Positions 1 to 10,085 of a stretch of 64,000 bases of DNA are shown piece by piece. A program made the translations under genes and the position numbers. The stretch comes from an uncultured Methanospirillum sp. (GTDB lineage Archaea; Halobacteriota; Methanomicrobia; Methanomicrobiales; Methanospirillaceae), in the NCBI GenBank assembly GCA_964624045.1, contig CAZUXC010000001.1, positions 24,662 through 88,661 on the forward strand. The letters run 5' to 3'. Below the pieces are notes generated by a model that made no database searches, was not told where the DNA came from, and was given only the letters and a program-made list of their open reading frames with translations. The number at the start of each line of letters is the position of its first letter. Positions within the stretch are counted from its first letter, which is position 1.

Positions 1-450
1 TGCACTCTGTCAATTTTTGCAGATGAGATTCCAATGATTCCTGATGAAACTCTTGCAAAATATCAGGTCAAGAGTACCATCACTGCCGGAGATGATGTCG
101 AGTGGCAGGTCACCGTGGGGACAGAGTTTGTATTTCTTGAAGATCTCACCGAAATTGGGGAATTCCTTGAGGAGAACGAAATCTCAGAAGAGGAAGGAGC
201 ATCCTTTTTCCCTCGGATTCAGATTAAACACATGCTCGTAGCCGAGATTCTTGAGATGATCAAGGATGAAGGAAAGGCAACACGAGAAGAGATCATTACC
301 GAATTCGCAGACAGGGACATTGAGACAAAGGATGACGATGCTGCAGTATCACTCCACTTGAGTCCATTCTTTATTGATTCAGTAATCGACGACCTGAAAA
401 AGGCCGGAGTTCTCAAAGGCAAAGATCAAAAACTTCGAATTGCCTTCTGA
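1..450 (+). CDS. Hypothetical acidic protein, 5'-truncated by the window edge; possible C-terminal winged helix
   Basis: Frame 1 is open from base 1 (CTLSIFADEIP) into the 34..450 ORF; the C-terminus IDSVIDDLKKAGVLKGKDQKLRI resembles a wHTH recognition helix plus wing. Confidence 0.55.
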   Translation, partial: CTLSIFADEIPMIPDETLAKYQVKSTITAGDDVEWQVTVGTEFVFLEDLTEIGEFLEENEISEEEGASFFPRIQIKHMLVAEILEMIKDEGKATREEIITEFADRDIETKDDDAAVSLHLSPFFIDSVIDDLKKAGVLKGKDQKLRIAF

Positions 451-459
451 CAAATTTCT

Positions 460-1041
460 TTATTTTCCATTTGAGTTCCAGTTACCTGAAAGAAGGTAAT
501 CAGGGTTAAATAAGGCAGTCAAGCTAAATACGAGGTTTTTTGACTTTTCTTCATCAATTATGGTCTGGATCATATCCTTAAAGTCAATCCAGACCACCTC
601 ATCACTCCCTGAAACAAATTTTCGGCTCGATTGACCGAGAAAACCCTCTATCGAAAATGAGAAAAATCCTATCATATAGTTACTCTGGACCTGCCCCCCA
701 CTCATATCGAGCCAGGTGACTTGATCATCAGGAACTTCCATAATTCCATATACCTCATCCACCACCATTCCAAACCGGGTCGCGGCCTGACTATCAGGAA
801 CAAATACGATCACTTTCTTTTTTGTTCCCTCCCCGGCAAGAGGAATAATAAGCCTGATGTCAATTACTTTCACCACATCACTGCGAAGATTAAAGACACC
901 GGGAATATAATCCGGGGCATTGGGGAGAGGAATCTTCTGCTGATCCGGGACGATTTCCCTGATAAAATCAACATTTGCTGCATAGATCCCCTCTCCCAGT
1001 GAAAAGAGGAGTAACCGGTGTGACTGGGCAGTTTTATCCAT
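460..1041 (-). CDS. cheW: CheW-like chemotaxis coupling protein
   Basis: LLLFSLGEGIYAANVDFIREIV, IPLPNAPDYIPGVFNLRSDVVKVID and FGMVVDEVYGI are CheW motifs. Start moved to ATG 1041 (MDKTAQ), preceded by GAGG. Confidence 0.8.
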   Translation of the reverse strand: MDKTAQSHRLLLFSLGEGIYAANVDFIREIVPDQQKIPLPNAPDYIPGVFNLRSDVVKVIDIRLIIPLAGEGTKKKVIVFVPDSQAATRFGMVVDEVYGIMEVPDDQVTWLDMSGGQVQSNYMIGFFSFSIEGFLGQSSRKFVSGSDEVVWIDFKDMIQTIIDEEKSKNLVFSLTALFNPDYLLSGNWNSNGK

Positions 1042-1241
1042 ATCCTCTATCTCATCCCCCAATTGTCCGGTGGCTATCAAGTGCCGGAGAGCAGGAATGA
1101 TCTGATATTAGCCATAAAGCAGGATAGACCTTTTGTTTCCCTCATCCATCTTCATGAGTATCACAGCCGAGGGGAAGGTATCAATACCGTAAAGATACAC
1201 AGATCAGAACATACGTCTCAACATAGAGACGAGGGGAAGAG

Positions 1242-1772
1242 ATGGAAGAACTCCTCACACTGGTGGAAATTCAATTGGGGAAAGATCATTACCTTATCGA
1301 TAGTGATATCATTGATAAATTTATTCAGCCAGTGGAGGCGACTGAGGTGTATGATGCCCCCCCTTATATCGAAGGGATGATCAACTGGAGTCAGGGTATG
1401 ATCCCAGCGATAAATGTTGCACCACTCCTGGGTATGGACAGGGCAAAAGAATCAAAACGAAAACGAACGATGATTCTCCCTGCTGGAAAAATTGCTGATG
1501 TTGCGATGGCCGTATCCGTGGACGAAGTATACCAGGTCAGAAAAATTGAACCCGCCGCAGTGATGCCAGTGGATATTTCTGCCTGCCAGGGAATTGAGGA
1601 TTACGTAAAAGGGATCGTCAGAATCAGAGAAGAAGAAGGACAGCAGATGGTGTTGTTGTACCTAAATCTTCAAAAGATGTTAAGGGAACTTTTGAAAGGG
1701 CGGATTGCAGAACCAGTCCCTGATTTCTATGTGTGGCGCTGGAACACCGATGCTTCAATAACGGCAGAATAG
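1242..1772 (+). CDS. cheW: CheW-like chemotaxis coupling protein
   Basis: EVYDAPPYIEGMINWSQGMIPAINVAPLLG and VAMAVSVDEVYQV match the CheW core. Confidence 0.8.
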   Translation: MEELLTLVEIQLGKDHYLIDSDIIDKFIQPVEATEVYDAPPYIEGMINWSQGMIPAINVAPLLGMDRAKESKRKRTMILPAGKIADVAMAVSVDEVYQVRKIEPAAVMPVDISACQGIEDYVKGIVRIREEEGQQMVLLYLNLQKMLRELLKGRIAEPVPDFYVWRWNTDASITAE

Positions 1773-1836
1773 TTCCTCTTACTGCATCCGGATATATCTC
1801 ACCCATTTTTTACCGGTCAAATACAAAATATACCTC

Positions 1837-3087
1837 ATGGTGTGGACTGCTCTCTCTCTTGATACCTGGCTCTCGCGTCAGCAGGAGACCCTCACAAATG
1901 TTTCCAGCGCTGTTCAGTCAATTATTGACGAGGTTGCTGAAGGAGGAGATTCCGCTCTTTTTGATCTCTGTGAGCGGTTCGACAAAATTCGACCTCAGGC
2001 CCTCCGGGTATCAAAAGAGGAGATAAAGGCTGCATATGGATCAGCAGATCCAGCAATTGTTAAGGCATTGCAGGAGGCGCATGAACGCATCAAGATGTTC
2101 CATGAGCAACAATGCCAGAAAGATCTCTGGTTGACAGAAAGTGGACCTGGAGTCACCCTCGGAGTAAAAACATCCCCGCTTGAGCGTATCGGGATGTATG
2201 TTCCAGGAGGTCGCGCAGCATACCCCTCTACCGTATTAATGTGTGCAGTTCCAGCCCAGGTCGCCGGAGTTGAAGAAATAGTCTGCTTCACCCCCCCACC
2301 AGCTAATCCTCTCACCCTGATTGCTGCAGACATTGCCGGCGTCCATGAGATTTATACCGTGGGAGGAGCGCAGGCAGTGGCAGCAATGGCACTGGGAACA
2401 GAGACCATCAAACCCGTCCAAAAGATCATCGGACCGGGTAATGCGTATGTAACTGCGGCCAAAATGGCTATGAGAACCAAAGTTGAGATTGATTTCCCTG
2501 CTGGACCTTCTGAAATAGCCATTATTGCAGATCAGACCGCTCGTCCGGATTTCATAGCAGCAGACATTCTTGCCCAGTCTGAACATGATCCCCAGGCAGC
2601 ATCAGTTCTCATAACCACTGACTCTGCTCTTCCGGGAAAAGTTGGAGTCTGGATTGAAGAACTATTGAAACAGTCTCCACGAAGAGAGATCATCATCCAG
2701 GCTTTGAAACAGTCAGGATACCTGGTGGTATCCGACCTGAATGAAGCAATACGGGTATCAGATCGAATCGCACCTGAACACCTATCAATCCAGGTTGAGG
2801 ATACCCTTTCAGTTCTCCAAAAAATCCGGAATGCAGGATCGATTTTTGTTGGAAAATATGCTCCGGTTGCTTGTGGTGATTATGCATCAGGAACGAATCA
2901 TGTTCTTCCGACGGCAGGTAATGCACGTTTCTTCTCCGGCCTTAACGTGGCTCATTTTACCAAAACCTCAACAGTGCAGATAATTACTCGGGAAGGGATT
3001 GATACAATTGGAGACATCGTTGAGAAACTCGCAACCGCCGAAGGTCTGCATGCCCATGCTGCTTCAACAAAAATCCGAAGAGATTGA
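1837..3087 (+). CDS. hisD: Histidinol dehydrogenase
   Basis: [56 protein letters not shown]. Confidence 0.97.
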   Translation: MVWTALSLDTWLSRQQETLTNVSSAVQSIIDEVAEGGDSALFDLCERFDKIRPQALRVSKEEIKAAYGSADPAIVKALQEAHERIKMFHEQQCQKDLWLTESGPGVTLGVKTSPLERIGMYVPGGRAAYPSTVLMCAVPAQVAGVEEIVCFTPPPANPLTLIAADIAGVHEIYTVGGAQAVAAMALGTETIKPVQKIIGPGNAYVTAAKMAMRTKVEIDFPAGPSEIAIIADQTARPDFIAADILAQSEHDPQAASVLITTDSALPGKVGVWIEELLKQSPRREIIIQALKQSGYLVVSDLNEAIRVSDRIAPEHLSIQVEDTLSVLQKIRNAGSIFVGKYAPVACGDYASGTNHVLPTAGNARFFSGLNVAHFTKTSTVQIITREGIDTIGDIVEKLATAEGLHAHAASTKIRRD

Positions 3088-3095
3088 CCACCGGA

Positions 3096-4394
3096 TTAAA
3101 ACCGGATCTCCATAACCGCTTTTTCTTCTTCGTTAAGCATCTCCTGAAGATGTCGTGTCTCTGGTTGATACAAACCCATTGGATCATAATCCGGATAGAG
3201 ATCACATTTATCCAGTACATCCACAAACTCCTTGAGAAAGAGACGGGGAATAACATCAATCCGCCCTCCAAATGCTGAACTCACCCGGCTCACCATGATT
3301 CGGATGAACCGGTTGGATATGCGGTCATGGTCAACCTCGCCGTACGCCCGTTCATAGACATCGCAGACTTTCCGGGCTACTTCCTCAAGACGGGAAGGAT
3401 CAAACGGAGGTAAACAGATCTGAGGCTGTCGAGGGTTGGGATATCTTTCATCTGATGATATCTGCCCTATACGATCAAAGAGAGGCGTTATCGGCCTCAT
3501 CCCACGTGGGCCATCATAGAGCATGGGCGTTCCGGCACAAATGAGATACCACCCGGGAAGCAATCCTCCATCAACGGCATCAATAATTCTGACAAGATTT
3601 TGAAATCCCCGCTCACGAAGATTCCGGGGGAAGGTCTGGGTAATTTCAAGTTCATCAATCGCAACCACGCATCCCCGATACCCTGCTCCACGTATAAAGA
3701 TGGGAAGTGCCTGAAGAAGTGACATAACAGATGAGTCCTCAATATCGCCCCGTATTCCTGCCTTCTGTTTTAATTCACGCCCAATATTTGGATCCCCGGA
3801 GAGCCAGCCTATAGCTGCCTGAGAAATCCGAAAATTTGCTGCATTATTTGCAAGATAATAGGTCCTTATTACTGCTGCAACCGGAACGCTCAGAATACTG
3901 ATCGTTGAGAGCCCTTCCTCAATTTCCTGGATCGTAAGTTCTTCAAGTTTTGCAGGGGAAATGTCAGAACCCTCCCGGGCAATAACCCGCTCTTCGATCC
4001 CATAGAGCCACGCATCAATGATCGATCGAAATGCGTGTTGCTCTCCTCCGGCATGAAGAGAAGATAATATCTGTGCATATATTGAGCGGAGCCGGTGTAA
4101 TGGAGTTATGGGAGAGATCGCAATGTGTGCGGTGACAAAACCTTTCTTCCGGGCAAGTTCCAGAGCCCGGGCGATCAGAAATGTCTTCCCACTCCCATAT
4201 TCTCCCCGGATAAATTTGAGATCTGAACCACCACGGCTGACAAGATCCATCTGATCTGCTATCACCTGTTCTTCAACATCCAGGCCAACAGCAAAACGGC
4301 CAAGTCCCTGCGCTGGAACTGTCCCTCTCCGGAGTGCATTAATAATCCCAACACTCTCCAGAATATCTTGATTCGACAAGTCAGGGGCCGACAT
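3096..4394 (-). CDS. brxD: BrxD-like / DUF2791 P-loop ATPase
   Basis: INALRRGTVP..GL..FAVGLD N-terminal signature, Walker A IRGEYGSGKT, TPLHRL, Walker B VVAIDELE, C-terminal PRLFLKEFVDVLD. Start refined to ATG 4394 (MSAPDL), preceded by strong SD GGTGAGGTG and overlapping the upstream stop by 14 nt. Confidence 0.85.
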   Translation of the reverse strand: MSAPDLSNQDILESVGIINALRRGTVPAQGLGRFAVGLDVEEQVIADQMDLVSRGGSDLKFIRGEYGSGKTFLIARALELARKKGFVTAHIAISPITPLHRLRSIYAQILSSLHAGGEQHAFRSIIDAWLYGIEERVIAREGSDISPAKLEELTIQEIEEGLSTISILSVPVAAVIRTYYLANNAANFRISQAAIGWLSGDPNIGRELKQKAGIRGDIEDSSVMSLLQALPIFIRGAGYRGCVVAIDELEITQTFPRNLRERGFQNLVRIIDAVDGGLLPGWYLICAGTPMLYDGPRGMRPITPLFDRIGQISSDERYPNPRQPQICLPPFDPSRLEEVARKVCDVYERAYGEVDHDRISNRFIRIMVSRVSSAFGGRIDVIPRLFLKEFVDVLDKCDLYPDYDPMGLYQPETRHLQEMLNEEEKAVMEIRF

Positions 4395-6171
4395 ATCGAT
4401 ACACCTCACCAAATTCCGAGTATCCATCCTTCTCGATTAGATGAACACCATATTCTTCTGCTCGTCGCATAATCCGATTCATGAGTCCGGCAATCCGATG
4501 AGTTCCGGAGATTTTACGAAGATCCAGTTCATTACAGACCCTATGCTTCTGAAGATAGAAAATGATCATCTCTTCTTCTGGTGATAGCCACGAGAAGGAA
4601 GGAGATGAAAGTGGCACCTTCATGATGTGATTTTCCTGGTTTCGTTGATGAAGATATTCAGGGAGATGATCAGGGAGTGTCTGATCTTTACATGCGATGA
4701 GAAGAGCAAACAGGGTATTGGCAACCTGAACTGAATCGGCAGGAACAATTGATAAACCTGAAAGGGCAAAATCAAGCCCTTCATCCGGATGGCCACTCGA
4801 AAGGGCAGAATCAGATGCGATAGACAGAATTCTGGCATAGATTTCTTTTCCATCCATAGAGAGTGAAGTAATTCTCTCTGAAAGCCGATAGAGCATAAAT
4901 GCGATCACCTCATCATCACAGAGAGATAAGTCCAGAATTTTTTTTCCGATAAATGCGATATCCCGGGTATTTTTCAAAGTTTTCAGGATATACATCAGGG
5001 TTTTTGTCTGTTCCCTGGTTTCTCCTCTCCTTCCAAGATATAGAACATACTCAAAGCCGGACTTCACAAGATCAGATTTGAAGGCGGTGAAATACTGCCG
5101 CCGTGCATCTTCATGACGCCCGAGGCCTTCACATATTCGCCCAACGTCAGTTATTAAGGCCGGGTGGTGTTCTGATGATAAAAGAGAAAGCATATGGTCA
5201 CATGCCCCATGCAAGTCATACACCTGTTTTAACAGATCCTGATAAAGGGAGAATACCGATCTGATATCCGGATAATCAGCACTCTTCTCGTGAAAGAGCA
5301 TCTCTTCTGCTAAGGAGAGTGCATGCGGGCAGTTGCCAGCCGATTGAAATAGTGATACTCCCATCGCACGAAATTCGGGGCACGTACTTTTCGAAAGGTG
5401 AGACGACCAGAGCTCGCATGCTTCAGATAATCGACCCTGGAAGGACAAGAATGAGATATATCGTTCAATAGGATGATCGCCATCAACTGTTTCGATGAGA
5501 GAGATGAACTCCTGTTCGGCCATTACCGGGCTTGTGCCTGCAAGTGCTTCAGCATAAAGAAGCCGAATTTCAGGGTCAGTTCTGGCAGATGAGTTACCCC
5601 TATAAATCCGGATAATCTCGTCATACTGTCTGACAGAGGAGAGAAGAGAAACATACGATTTGACACACGAAATAGGGGATCCAGCCCTGATATATGCCAA
5701 CATTCCTTCCTGAGCGCGATCCAGAGCCAGGCAACAATTCATAAATGCGGATAGATCATCAGGGCAGGTATCCAGAGTTACAAGTTTTTTGAGAAGAGGG
5801 AATGCTGCTGCATTATCACCGGCATTCATGAGATACCGGATATACCCCCGGATAGCTTCCGGGTGATCCGGGGCAAGCCTGACTGCTTCTGCATATTCAG
5901 ATCTCGCTGATTCATCCAATCTTTTCTCAAGGATTTTTGCCAGATACAGGGAGATATCAACAGAAGATGGAACCCGGGCTTTGAGATCCCGCAGACAAAT
6001 CTCTGCTTCCTGAAATTCTTCAAGATTGTACAAACATACAGCTTCGAGAATTCTCACCGGTGTCGGACAGATATGGGGAGGTATCTTTCTGATGAGACTG
6101 CAGCACTCCTGGTACTTTCCTTGTTCAAAGAGGAGAAAGGTTCTGTTCTGAAGAGAATTACTATCATTCAT
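4381..6171 (-). CDS. TPR-repeat protein with C-terminal winged-helix domain
   Basis: TPR-like helical repeats (LYNLEEFQEAEICLRDLKARVP; YAEAVRLAPDHPEAIRGYIRYLMNAGDNAAA; CEGLGRHEDARRQYFTAFK). The last ~69 aa have a helix-HTH-wing pattern. Start refined to ATG 6171 (MNDSNS), in an ATGAATGA overlap with the upstream stop. Confidence 0.7.
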   Translation of the reverse strand: MNDSNSLQNRTFLLFEQGKYQECCSLIRKIPPHICPTPVRILEAVCLYNLEEFQEAEICLRDLKARVPSSVDISLYLAKILEKRLDESARSEYAEAVRLAPDHPEAIRGYIRYLMNAGDNAAAFPLLKKLVTLDTCPDDLSAFMNCCLALDRAQEGMLAYIRAGSPISCVKSYVSLLSSVRQYDEIIRIYRGNSSARTDPEIRLLYAEALAGTSPVMAEQEFISLIETVDGDHPIERYISFLSFQGRLSEACELWSSHLSKSTCPEFRAMGVSLFQSAGNCPHALSLAEEMLFHEKSADYPDIRSVFSLYQDLLKQVYDLHGACDHMLSLLSSEHHPALITDVGRICEGLGRHEDARRQYFTAFKSDLVKSGFEYVLYLGRRGETREQTKTLMYILKTLKNTRDIAFIGKKILDLSLCDDEVIAFMLYRLSERITSLSMDGKEIYARILSIASDSALSSGHPDEGLDFALSGLSIVPADSVQVANTLFALLIACKDQTLPDHLPEYLHQRNQENHIMKVPLSSPSFSWLSPEEEMIIFYLQKHRVCNELDLRKISGTHRIAGLMNRIMRRAEEYGVHLIEKDGYSEFGEVYRYVGP

Positions 6172-6856
6172 AAGAGAGCAGACCAAGGCGGAGCCGAATA
6201 AGCGTAGTGAACATCGAGAAGGCATCAGAAGGCTGAAGTCTTGAATCACCCGTATCATCCCAGACAGATGGCGTTTCAAACACCCGGAAGCCTGCTCTCC
6301 GGAGCTGCCAGAGGAGTTCAACATCAAATTCAAATCCTCTTGCACAAAGTTGAGGCATCACCCGATCAATAGCCTCTTTACGAAAAACCTTCGCACCACA
6401 CTGGGTATCATAGTAGGGAAGGGAGAAGAGTAGCCGGATGAGAAGATTAAATGCCCGACTCTGAAAACGGCGTAATAGTGGCTGATGGATCTTTATCTGA
6501 GATCCCGGCATATGCCGGGATCCAATAACCCCGTCATACACTCCCACCATAGATAGCAACCGGTGCATCTCCTGATATGGAGTGGAATTATCAGCATCCA
6601 TAAACCCGATAAGCGATGAAGTAGCTGCTCGAAAGCCTTCATAAACTCCTCCCCCTTTTCCAAGTCTATGATCATACGTCAGGCATCTTACGGTGAGATC
6701 GGGATGGGAATCCGCAAAATCGCGTATAACTTCAGGAGTTCTATCTGAACCATCACATACGAAGATAAATTCTGCCTCCGGGTCAGAAAGTGCTTTGAGC
6801 AGTCTTCCTATCCGATTCTCTTCATTGTATGCCGGTATAATGATACTATATTTCAT
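6164..6856 (-). CDS. GT2 glycosyltransferase, dolichyl-phosphate hexose synthase (DPM/Alg5)-like
   Basis: SIIIPAYNEE, DGSDRT, GKGGGV, FMDAD (DxD), GSR, DTQCGAKVFR, FEFDVELL. Confidence 0.88.
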   Translation of the reverse strand: MKYSIIIPAYNEENRIGRLLKALSDPEAEFIFVCDGSDRTPEVIRDFADSHPDLTVRCLTYDHRLGKGGGVYEGFRAATSSLIGFMDADNSTPYQEMHRLLSMVGVYDGVIGSRHMPGSQIKIHQPLLRRFQSRAFNLLIRLLFSLPYYDTQCGAKVFRKEAIDRVMPQLCARGFEFDVELLWQLRRAGFRVFETPSVWDDTGDSRLQPSDAFSMFTTLIRLRLGLLSYE

Positions 6857-6975
6857 TCGTCTCTGAACGCCTGATTATCTGTTTTTATTTCTATTGGTCT
6901 GCGAGTTCCATAATCCGTCAAGAACAATACTAGTATGATTCTCCCCGGACATCGGATTTTATCCTGGGATGAAAA

Positions 6976-7383
6976 TCATCGCAGCATAAATGATGCGCTA
7001 CAGCGTGCAAGTTCTGTCATTCCATCCTGACTCAAAATTTTCCCTTCGGTGAATATGATCTGTCGTCCTTTCCGGATAACTTCTGCATCCGCAATGATTG
7101 TTTCATCTGCCCTGACCCCGCGAAGAAAACTCGTTGTGCACGATATCGTAGCGATCATCTCCCCCTCGCGAAGAAGAGTGTAGATGGCAAGTGCCATACT
7201 CTCATCAACCAGAGCCGTATACATCCCGCCCTGCAGCCACCCTTCCCCATTAGTCATATCAGGACGAACTTTCATCTGAAGACGAGCCTTTCCGTCCCCC
7301 CAGGTAATCGGTTCGATCCCCATGAGACAAAAGAATGGATTTGCCTGCTGACCTTTCTGATTGATATCATCAAGATATGACAT
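6976..7383 (-). CDS. PaaI-family (hotdog-fold) thioesterase
   Basis: NGEGWLQGGMYTALVDESM, TISCTTSFLRGV, EVIRKGRQIIFTEG; ATG at 7383 preferred over TTG 7392. Confidence 0.85.
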   Translation of the reverse strand: MSYLDDINQKGQQANPFFCLMGIEPITWGDGKARLQMKVRPDMTNGEGWLQGGMYTALVDESMALAIYTLLREGEMIATISCTTSFLRGVRADETIIADAEVIRKGRQIIFTEGKILSQDGMTELARCSASFMLR

Positions 7384-7575
7384 CGTGTACAAGGCTTAAC
7401 CGGTCCGATGGAAAAATCTGACGGTACCTCCGGACATTTCAGCCATAGCAATTATTTCTTTCATTAGTCAGGAGATATTCATGAATAACCTTCGAGTACC
7501 TATCTTCTCCATACGATCGTCGGATATTAGAGGGATCATAACCAACTCTTCTGCTGAGTTTTCTGAGGGTAGGGT

Positions 7576-9159
7576 ATGAAGTACATTTTTATTACCGGCG
7601 GCGTAATGAGCGGACTAGGAAAGGGTATCACTGCGGCTTCAATAGGTCGGCTTTTAGAAAACCGGGGATATAATGTAACCGCAGTTAAGATCGACCCCTA
7701 CCTGAATATCGATGCAGGAACAATGAACCCGGCTCAGCATGGGGAAGTATTTGTCCTCCATGACGGGGGGGAAGTGGATCTGGATCTCGGGAACTATGAG
7801 AGGTTTCTCGATATCGAACTAAACTCATCCCATAATATTACAACAGGGAAGGTTTATCGCCTGGTTATCGAAAAAGAGCGAAAGGGGGATTATCTCGGAC
7901 AGACAGTTCAGATCATCCCTCATATCACCGACCAGATAAAGGATTGCATCAAATCAGCGGCGAATGAAAAGGTATTTGAGGGAAAGTCAGCGGATATATG
8001 CATCGTTGAAGTTGGGGGAACGGTAGGTGACATTGAAAGTATGCCTTTCCTTGAATCAGTGAGACAGATGCGTAGTGATTTACCATCCGAAGACCGCGCA
8101 CTGGTTCATGTCACCCTGATGCCGTCAGACTCAATGGGGGATCTGAAAACCAAACCAACCCAGCACTCAGTGAAAGCATTGCGGGAACTCGGACTGTTCC
8201 CGGATATTATTGTAGGAAGAAGTGAACGGCCAATATCATCTCACGTAAAAAAGAAACTATCCTCACTTTGTGATCTTCCCCAGTTTGCGGTGATCAGTGC
8301 AACAACTGCTCCTGATATTTACCAGGTCCCCATGGAACTGGAAAAGGAGGGACTTTCAGAGGTCCTCTGTCAGCATCTGAAACTCGGAAATGAAGCATTG
8401 GATCCGGACTGGTACCGTATCGTCACCCGGGAATATACTCACAGGGTGATTGTCGGGATCGTCAGTAAATATGGAAAAGAAGATGTTTATCTTTCGATTA
8501 AGGAGGCACTCAGACATGCCGGACGTGCCCTCTCAACAGAAGTAACCATCCGATGGCTCGACGCTGAACGAGTGGAAACTACAGATCTTCGAGAGTGTGA
8601 CGGAATCCTGATCCCCGGAGGTTTTGGAGTCCGGGGAATCGAAGGCAAGATCAATGCAATTCAACTTGCCAGAGAAGAGAAAATTCCACTCCTCGGACTT
8701 TGTCTGGGATTCCAACTTTCCGTAGTAGAGTATGCCCGAAATGTCCTCGGATGGAAAGATGCCTGTAGCAGTGAATGTGCTGAAGGGACAGAAGTTATCA
8801 CCATCCTCCCGGAACAAAACGAAGTGGAAGATCTCGGAGGCACAATGAGACTCGGGGACTATCCGGTTACCGTTAAGGAAGGGACCTTGGCCAAGAAACT
8901 CTATGGAGTCGGGCAGATAACCGAGCGCCACCGTCACCGCTATGAAGTGGACCCAGCTTATATTGCAGAGTTTGAGGCAGCAGGGCTTATCTTTTCGGGA
9001 ACATGGGGCAACCGGATGGAGATTGCTGAGATCCGTGATCATCCATTCTTCTTTGCGACTCAGTTCCACCCAGAATTCAGATCACGTCCAACACGTCCAT
9101 CACCACCATTTGTCGGTTTTGTCGGGGCTGCATTGAAGATGAAAAAAGGGGGAGAATAA
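7576..9159 (+). CDS. pyrG: CTP synthase
   Basis: [52 protein letters not shown]. Confidence 0.98.
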   Translation: MKYIFITGGVMSGLGKGITAASIGRLLENRGYNVTAVKIDPYLNIDAGTMNPAQHGEVFVLHDGGEVDLDLGNYERFLDIELNSSHNITTGKVYRLVIEKERKGDYLGQTVQIIPHITDQIKDCIKSAANEKVFEGKSADICIVEVGGTVGDIESMPFLESVRQMRSDLPSEDRALVHVTLMPSDSMGDLKTKPTQHSVKALRELGLFPDIIVGRSERPISSHVKKKLSSLCDLPQFAVISATTAPDIYQVPMELEKEGLSEVLCQHLKLGNEALDPDWYRIVTREYTHRVIVGIVSKYGKEDVYLSIKEALRHAGRALSTEVTIRWLDAERVETTDLRECDGILIPGGFGVRGIEGKINAIQLAREEKIPLLGLCLGFQLSVVEYARNVLGWKDACSSECAEGTEVITILPEQNEVEDLGGTMRLGDYPVTVKEGTLAKKLYGVGQITERHRHRYEVDPAYIAEFEAAGLIFSGTWGNRMEIAEIRDHPFFFATQFHPEFRSRPTRPSPPFVGFVGAALKMKKGGE

Positions 9160-10076
9160 TGGTAAAAGTTGAGAAATTTATCACTGATACAATCCAGAAG
9201 ATCAAAGAGGAAGCAGGGGGAGAACACATCGTAATTGCACTCTCTGGAGGAGTCGACAGTTCAGTCTGTGCAGAGCTGGCATCCCGTGCAATTGGAGAAC
9301 GCCTGATTCCGATTTACGTAGATACCGGCCTGATGAGAAAAGGTGAAACCGCCCGGATTCGTGAAATATTCGACCACATAGGAGTCAGAGTTATTGATGC
9401 CAGTGAGGAATTTCTCTCGGCACTTGTTGGAGAAGCAGATCCGGAAAAAAAGCGCAAGATAGTGGGCGAGAAATTTATCCGCGTATTTGAACGGGAAGCT
9501 CGTTCAACCGGGGCTAAATTTCTGCTACAGGGCACTATCTATCCGGACTGCATCGAAAGTGAAGGCGGGATTAAAAGCCACCATAATGTCGGAGGAATGC
9601 CCCTTGCAATGGAGTTTTCCAAGGTTATCGAGCCACTTCGGGAGCTTTACAAAGATGAAGTCAGAGAAGTAGCTGAGGCACTTGGACTCCCGAATGAGAT
9701 CGCTCACCGGATGCCATTCCCAGGGCCAGGGCTTTCAGTCAGGGTTGTCGGAGCCATAACTCCAGAAGCAGTGGAAGTTGTCAGAGAAGCGAATGCCATC
9801 GTTGAGGACGTGTTGGTTGAAAAATACCGGCCTTGGCAATGTCTGGCAGCTCTTGTAGGTCTTGGAACCGGCGTAAAAGGAGATAACCGGCTGCACGGAT
9901 GGATCGTAGCAGTCCGGGCGGTGAATTCCCGGGATGGAATGACCGCGGATCCCATTGAAATCTCATGGGAGGATCTTGCTGAAATCCAGTCACGGATAAC
10001 GTCCGGGATCCCTGCAGTATCCCGGGTTGTATATGACATCACTCCAAAACCACCTGCAACCATCGAATACGAATGA
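9159..10076 (+). CDS. guaAB: GMP synthase subunit B (ATP pyrophosphatase subunit)
   Basis: [48 protein letters not shown]; no GATase domain (split archaeal enzyme). Confidence 0.95.
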   Translation: MVKVEKFITDTIQKIKEEAGGEHIVIALSGGVDSSVCAELASRAIGERLIPIYVDTGLMRKGETARIREIFDHIGVRVIDASEEFLSALVGEADPEKKRKIVGEKFIRVFEREARSTGAKFLLQGTIYPDCIESEGGIKSHHNVGGMPLAMEFSKVIEPLRELYKDEVREVAEALGLPNEIAHRMPFPGPGLSVRVVGAITPEAVEVVREANAIVEDVLVEKYRPWQCLAALVGLGTGVKGDNRLHGWIVAVRAVNSRDGMTADPIEISWEDLAEIQSRITSGIPAVSRVVYDITPKPPATIEYE

Positions 10077-10085
10077 GATGATAAT

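Noticed and set aside
3096-6171. Complete BREX type 2 or Shango system
   Set aside because: No PglW kinase, PglX methyltransferase, PglY, PglZ phosphatase, TerB domain or Lhr/DEAD helicase was recognisable in the window; only the ATPase is present.
6171-6345. Longer upstream starts given by the ORF track (also 4427, 15986, 19308, 27665, 46252, 56548, 61307)
   Set aside because: They overlap neighbouring genes or precede the conserved N-terminus, while downstream ATGs have SD motifs or stop-start coupling.
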